A stretch of 64,000 bases of DNA from a bacterium (lineage in GTDB: Bacteria; SAR324; XYD2-FULL-50-16). The position numbers and the translations under genes are program-made. The stretch covers positions 1 through 64,000 of the forward strand of contig JAVVEA010000012.1 of the NCBI GenBank assembly GCA_032250835.1. Reading direction: 5' to 3'. Shown in pieces: positions 59,183 through 64,000 of this stretch (positions are counted from its first letter, which is position 1; each line of letters begins with the position of its first letter). Under the pieces are notes generated by a model, which saw only the letters and a list, made by a program, of their open reading frames with translations, was not told the origin of the DNA and made no database searches.

Positions 59183-61314
59183 GAGACAACGTCAATCTTG
59201 AGGAATTACAAGAATACATTGCCTCCTTAGAACTAGAGCTCGAAGAGACCCAGGCGGGGTTGGTGGCCTTGACCATGGAGCTGACCAGCGCCGAAGAAAA
59301 GTACCGGGGCATCATCGAAAACAGCCTAGAGGGCGTGTGTCGGGTGGACCGCGAAGGGACCTTCGAATTGGTCAACCCCGCCTTGATCGAAATGTTGGGC
59401 TACCAAGACGAAGACGACTTGCTGACCCATTGCTCAAAGATCAGTCAGGTCTTAGAAGAGCCCGATTCGCACCAATTGCTGCTAACCTATTTGGCGCGCA
59501 AGAAGGTCCAAGCCAACTGGGAAACGAGGTTGCGCAGCAAAAGCGGCCAATTGATCTGGGTCAGTCAGAACATCCACCAAATCACCGACAAGAACGGCCA
59601 GTGCATTGGCTACGAGGCCTTGATCAGCGACATCAGCCGCCAAAAGTTTTATGAAGAAAAGCTCAAGCTGCTGGCGATGGTCTTTGAGCACAGCATCGAA
59701 GGGGTGGTGATCACCGACGACCACGAGACGATCTTAGAGGTCAACGCTGCCTTTAGCCAAATCACCGGATATACGGCCCACGAAGCGATTGGCAAGACGC
59801 CTCACCTACTCTTTTCAGGCTGGCAGGATAAGAACTTTTACCAAGACTTTTGGGACAAGATCAACGGCGAAGGGATCTGGCAGGGCGAGATGAACAACCG
59901 CCGCAAAGGGGGCGAGCTTTATAAAGAATGGCTGACGGTCTGCGCCATCAAGAGCGGGGGACGGGTCCAAAACCTCATTGGAATCTTCACGGACATCACC
60001 GAAAAGAAACGCGCCGAAGCCCGCATCCATGAGTTGGCCTTTTATGACATCCTGACCAAGCTACCGAACCGATATCTATTCCAAGATCGCCTGCGCCACC
60101 GCTTAGATACGGCCAAACGCAACGACCAACGCTTTGCGGTGATGTTCATCGATCTAGACAACTTCAAGCTGATCAACGACACCTTCGGGCACTTTGTGGG
60201 CGACCTTTTCTTGCAAGAAGTAGCCGAACGCATCAGTTCGGTGGTGCGCCAAGAAGACACGGTGGCCCGCCTGGGCGGTGACGAGTTCACCATCATTTTA
60301 GAACAACTGACCGCCCCCGAGCAGGCGGCGGTGATCGCCGAAAAGGTTTTAGAGCAGCTTTGTCTGCCCTATACCTTAGAAGGACAAGAGGTCTTCTCGG
60401 GCGCTAGTATCGGCATCGCGGTCTTCCCTGATGACGGAGTCTCGGCCCAGGAACTGACCCAAAAGGCCGATGCGGCCATGTACGACATCAAAAACAAGGG
60501 CAAAAAGGGCTTTCAGTTTTACACCGAAGAGATCAACACCAAGGCGACGCTGCAAATCCAACTAGAGTCAGACCTCCGCCGGGCTTTGATCAACGGGGAT
60601 TTTATCTTAAACTATCAGCCCCAGTTTGCCGTAGACTCAGACCAGATCATCTCCACCGAAGCACTGATCCGGTGGAACCATGCCGAACGCGGGGTGGTGC
60701 CGCCTTCGGAGTTCATTCCCTACTCCGAACAATCTTCGCTGATTGAGAATATCGGCAAGTGGGTCTTGTTTAAGGCCTGTGAACAGAACCAACGGTGGGT
60801 TCGATTGATCAACCGCCCGATCCGCATTGCGGTGAACCTATCGGCGCGTCAGTTGCGCCAAAAGGACTTGGTGGAAACTGTTGAGGAGGTCTTGAACGTC
60901 ACCGGGATGGAGGCCAAGCTGTTGGAATTGGAGCTGACCGAATCGACGGTAATGGACGACCCCGAAGAATCCATCAAGGTCTTAAAACGGCTTAAGGCGA
61001 TGGGCATCCGGCTGTCGGTAGACGACTTCGGTACCGGATACTCTTCGCTCAACTACCTCAAGCGGCTGCCTATCGACCGGGTAAAGATCGATTATTCCTT
61101 TGTCCGCGACTTAGTGGACGACAACGAGAACCAAGCGATTGTGCGGGCTATCTTGGCGCTGTCTAAGAGTTTGAACCTAGACGTGATCGCTGAGGGGGTG
61201 GAGACCGCCGAGCAACTGGAATTCCTGGCCCAAGCCGGTTGCGACGAGGTCCAGGGCTTCTTTTTAGGCCGCCCGGTTAGCGCCGAAGAAGTGACCCAAC
61301 GGCTGCTTTCTTAG
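59179..61314 (+). CDS. PAS-PAS-GGDEF-EAL protein
   Basis: Intact GGDEF, EAL and [10 protein letters not shown]-terminal coiled coil [12 protein letters not shown]. Confidence 0.95.
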   Translation: MRDNVNLEELQEYIASLELELEETQAGLVALTMELTSAEEKYRGIIENSLEGVCRVDREGTFELVNPALIEMLGYQDEDDLLTHCSKISQVLEEPDSHQLLLTYLARKKVQANWETRLRSKSGQLIWVSQNIHQITDKNGQCIGYEALISDISRQKFYEEKLKLLAMVFEHSIEGVVITDDHETILEVNAAFSQITGYTAHEAIGKTPHLLFSGWQDKNFYQDFWDKINGEGIWQGEMNNRRKGGELYKEWLTVCAIKSGGRVQNLIGIFTDITEKKRAEARIHELAFYDILTKLPNRYLFQDRLRHRLDTAKRNDQRFAVMFIDLDNFKLINDTFGHFVGDLFLQEVAERISSVVRQEDTVARLGGDEFTIILEQLTAPEQAAVIAEKVLEQLCLPYTLEGQEVFSGASIGIAVFPDDGVSAQELTQKADAAMYDIKNKGKKGFQFYTEEINTKATLQIQLESDLRRALINGDFILNYQPQFAVDSDQIISTEALIRWNHAERGVVPPSEFIPYSEQSSLIENIGKWVLFKACEQNQRWVRLINRPIRIAVNLSARQLRQKDLVETVEEVLNVTGMEAKLLELELTESTVMDDPEESIKVLKRLKAMGIRLSVDDFGTGYSSLNYLKRLPIDRVKIDYSFVRDLVDDNENQAIVRAILALSKSLNLDVIAEGVETAEQLEFLAQAGCDEVQGFFLGRPVSAEEVTQRLLS

Positions 61315-62831
61315 GCGAGGCGGTCCGTGGAGATATGATAACGGGGGTCTTCCACTAGGTTGAAGTCCACCATGCTGCCCGCGTTTTCTAAGAGTTGGGC
61401 GCATTCGGGGCTCAGGTGCTTGAGCCGCAAAAACTTGCCCAACCCCAAATAACGCTCGGTCAGTGCGTTGATCGCTTCTAAACCCGAGTGGTCGTAAACC
61501 CTAGAATCTTGGAAGTCGATCACCACCTCAATGGGGTCCTCGTTAGGCGTAAAGAGGTCGTGGAAGCTGCGGACCGAGCCAAAAAATAACGGGCCCGACA
61601 GCTTATATATCTTCACCCCTTTAACATCGATCTCGGTACGCACCCAAATCTTTTGAGCCTGCTTCCAAGCAAAGACCAAGGCCGAAACGATCACCCCTAC
61701 GCCCACCGCCACAGCCAAGTCCGTGACCACCGTCACGCCCGAAACCAGGATCAACACAAAAGCGTCGGACTTAGGGATCTTGGGGATCAGCAAAATGCTG
61801 GGCCAAGCAAAGGTCCCGATCACCACCATAAACATGACGCCCACCAAGGCGGTCAAGGGGATCATTTCGATCAAGCTGGAAGCAAAAAGAATAAAGACCA
61901 ACAGGAACAAAGCCGCCAAGATGCCTGAGGCCCGGCCCCGTCCCCCTGAATTGATGTTGATCATGCTCTGGCCGATCATGGCGCAACCGCCCATACCGCC
62001 GAAGAAGCCGGTCACCACGTTGGCCACGCCCTGACCGATACATTCTTTATTGCCGCGCCCGCGGGTCTCCGTGATCTCGTCGATCAGGCTCAGGGTCATC
62101 AAAGACTCAATCAAACCTACTGCCGCCAAAATCACCGCATAGGGCAGGATAATCTTTAGGGTCTCCAGGTTCCAGGGGACATCAGGGATGTTAAAATCCG
62201 GCAGGCCACCGGCGACCTGGGCCAAGTCCCCGACGGTGCGGGTGTCTAAGTTGAGGCCGTGGACTAAGCCAGTGACCACCAGGATTGCCGCTAAAGACGC
62301 AGGCACCGCTTTGGTCAGCTTGGGCAAGAAGTGGATGATCGCCATGGTCAGCGCCACTAAGCCCAGCATCAAGTAAAGCCGCTCTCCGGTCACCCAGCCG
62401 CCGGTCTGACGGTCTTTGAAGTTCGATAGCTGGGCTAAGAAGATGATGATCGCCAAACCGTTCACAAAGCCCAACATGACCGGATGGGGGATCAGCCGGA
62501 CAAATTTCCCCATTTTGGCGACGCCCGCGCCGATCTGGATAATCCCCATCAAGACCACCGTAGCGAAAAGGTATTGGATGCCATGTTCGGCTACCAACTG
62601 GATTACCACCACCGCCAAAGCGCCGGTGGCCCCAGAAATCATGCCCGGCCGCCCGCCGATGGCCGCCGTGATCAGGCCGACCATAAAGGTGGCGTAAAGG
62701 CCCACTAGGGGCTCGACCCCGGCAACAAACGAAAAGGCTACGGCCTCGGGCACCAATACCAGAGTGACCGTCAGGCCCGGAAGGAGGGCATCTTTTAAAT
62801 GGGTACTACGGCGTAAGATATAGTCGAACAT
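61311..62831 (-). CDS. SulP family inorganic anion transporter
   Basis: [31 protein letters not shown]-terminal STAS domain. Confidence 0.95.
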   Translation of the reverse strand: MFDYILRRSTHLKDALLPGLTVTLVLVPEAVAFSFVAGVEPLVGLYATFMVGLITAAIGGRPGMISGATGALAVVVIQLVAEHGIQYLFATVVLMGIIQIGAGVAKMGKFVRLIPHPVMLGFVNGLAIIIFLAQLSNFKDRQTGGWVTGERLYLMLGLVALTMAIIHFLPKLTKAVPASLAAILVVTGLVHGLNLDTRTVGDLAQVAGGLPDFNIPDVPWNLETLKIILPYAVILAAVGLIESLMTLSLIDEITETRGRGNKECIGQGVANVVTGFFGGMGGCAMIGQSMININSGGRGRASGILAALFLLVFILFASSLIEMIPLTALVGVMFMVVIGTFAWPSILLIPKIPKSDAFVLILVSGVTVVTDLAVAVGVGVIVSALVFAWKQAQKIWVRTEIDVKGVKIYKLSGPLFFGSVRSFHDLFTPNEDPIEVVIDFQDSRVYDHSGLEAINALTERYLGLGKFLRLKHLSPECAQLLENAGSMVDFNLVEDPRYHISTDRLA

Positions 62832-63073
62832 CAAAGGTCTTTTGAGGAGGTTAAGGGCCGGGGGAAAAAGGTCCACATTAAAAGGCCCGAGAGAGGTTGT
62901 CAACCCAAAATTTTGTGAAACCCATTACACAAGCCTATGGATAGGGCCGCTTGCCTGCCCCTAACCCCCTCGAACAGGCTGGCCATGTAATCACTTATTT
63001 CAATTAGTTAACCAATATACCGGAGGGGTGCTGGAAAAGAGGGGAAAAAAAGTTACAAAAAAAATGGCGGTCA

Positions 63074-63103
63074 TTGACAAAGGGTGGCGGTCTGAAATAG
63101 ATT
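63074..63103 (+). promoter_or_regulatory. Putative sigma70 promoter for the RRM gene
   Basis: ttgaca-N18-tagatt with an A-rich upstream element. Confidence 0.55.
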
Positions 63104-63362
63104 CTACCTTAGCTAAGCCAAGAGGCACTAGAACAGATACCGTGAACGATTGGTTTCGACCAATCCTCACCACCATAAAAATGGGGATCCAGCTAGTTCT
63201 TGGTCCCCTTTTTTTATGACCTGATTATAGGTTACGACCTAAAAAAGGGACAAAGCCCAATAGTTGGACTCAACGTCCTGGGCTTTGGTTTTGGTGCATA
63301 TGGGCGGAAGAGCTGCCCGGCGGGCTTGGCTGTGAAACATCCTTTGAGAAAGAGAAGAAAGC

Positions 63363-63650
63363 ATGAATATTTACGTTGGAAACCTCCCCTATTCCGTGAC
63401 CGAAGCTGATCTGCGCGAGCTGTTTTCAGAATTCGGTGATGTCTCTAAAGCTACTGTGATCATGGATCGGGAGACCGGCCGCGCTAAAGGCTTTGGCTTT
63501 GTTGAAATGTCTGACGACTCGGCAGCTAGCGAAGCGATTTCGCAGTTGAACGAGACCAGCCTACAGGGTCGCAACCTGAAGGTCAACGAAGCTCGTCCCC
63601 GCGAAGAACGCCCCCGTGGTGGTGGCGGTGGCGGTCGCGGTCGCTATTAA
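63363..63650 (+). CDS. RRM RNA-binding protein with Gly/Arg tail
   Basis: RNP2 IYVGNL, RNP1 KGFGFVEM, tail RGGGGGGRGRY. Confidence 0.97.
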   Translation: MNIYVGNLPYSVTEADLRELFSEFGDVSKATVIMDRETGRAKGFGFVEMSDDSAASEAISQLNETSLQGRNLKVNEARPREERPRGGGGGGRGRY

Positions 63651-63708
63651 TAGCAACGGACCCAAAGTAGCTGCCTAGTCGCTTCGGTGGTTAGGTAAGT
63701 AGCCTGAG

Positions 63709-63744
63709 AGCCCGAGAAGATTCGTCTTCTCGGGCTTTTTTTTT
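63709..63744 (+). terminator. Rho-independent terminator
   Basis: agcccgagaaga-ttcg-tcttctcgggct followed by a T-run. Confidence 0.95.
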
Positions 63745-64000
63745 GCCTTGCCTCCAAGGATTGGGTGAAGGCATTAGAATTTTCTAATTTTGACTGGTAG
63801 CCAACATGATCCAACCCATCAAACTCACCCCAGCCCCCGAGCCGCCGCACCCCTCAAGGCCCCGACCAGCAGACTATGCCGACGGCTTCGCTCTAAACTT
63901 GATTGTTTCAAGTGATATCAGTGCATTGACTCTGGAGTTTTTAAAGTCGCTGCCCCTATGGGCCGCCAGACTGGTCGCGCTGCGTAATTATCTGGTTGCT

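Noticed and set aside
2253-62708. Numerous short antisense and alternate-frame ORFs in the ORF track
   Set aside because: They are shadows of well-supported genes in GC-rich DNA and have no motifs or ribosome-binding sites.
63745-64000. Gene at the right window edge
   Set aside because: No convincing ORF or RNA motif on either strand in the available sequence.

Overview
A GC-rich, signalling-dense chromosomal window from a diderm (Gram-negative) bacterium; the lineage cannot be fixed from sequence alone. No rRNA, tRNA or CRISPR array was recognised. Contents from left to right: (1) a tandem array of about 280-bp hairpin-rich non-coding repeats, cut by the window edge, directly downstream of two tandem DUF2946/CutF/CruR-like CxxC...R(A/G)PP leader ORFs and a small dihaem cytochrome c lipoprotein, preceded by a 4 x 11-bp direct-repeat operator; (2) many sensor kinases and c-di-GMP enzymes; (3) an OlsF-like acyltransferase; (4) a beta-barrel/FecR/YD-lipoprotein operon with two frameshifts; (5) a complete IS1595-family element (23-bp TIRs, 7-bp target duplication) with a dead transposase and an intact restriction-modification passenger; (6) a 7TM-DISM hybrid kinase ending in what looks like a ChiS-type DNA-binding domain; (7) ehuBCDA; (8) a glycoside hydrolase plus PHP-GT4 fusion pair; (9) a transglutaminase/circularly permuted ATP-grasp operon; (10) napDAB; (11) a globin-coupled stressosome (rsbRST, RsbX-like) wired to a GGDEF-EAL protein behind a long structured leader; (12) SulP and an RRM RNA-binding protein. 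The strongest novelty candidates are the leader-peptide/structured-repeat locus (1-2270) and the ChiS-like one-component kinase. All protein family calls come from motif recognition by eye, not from database searches.
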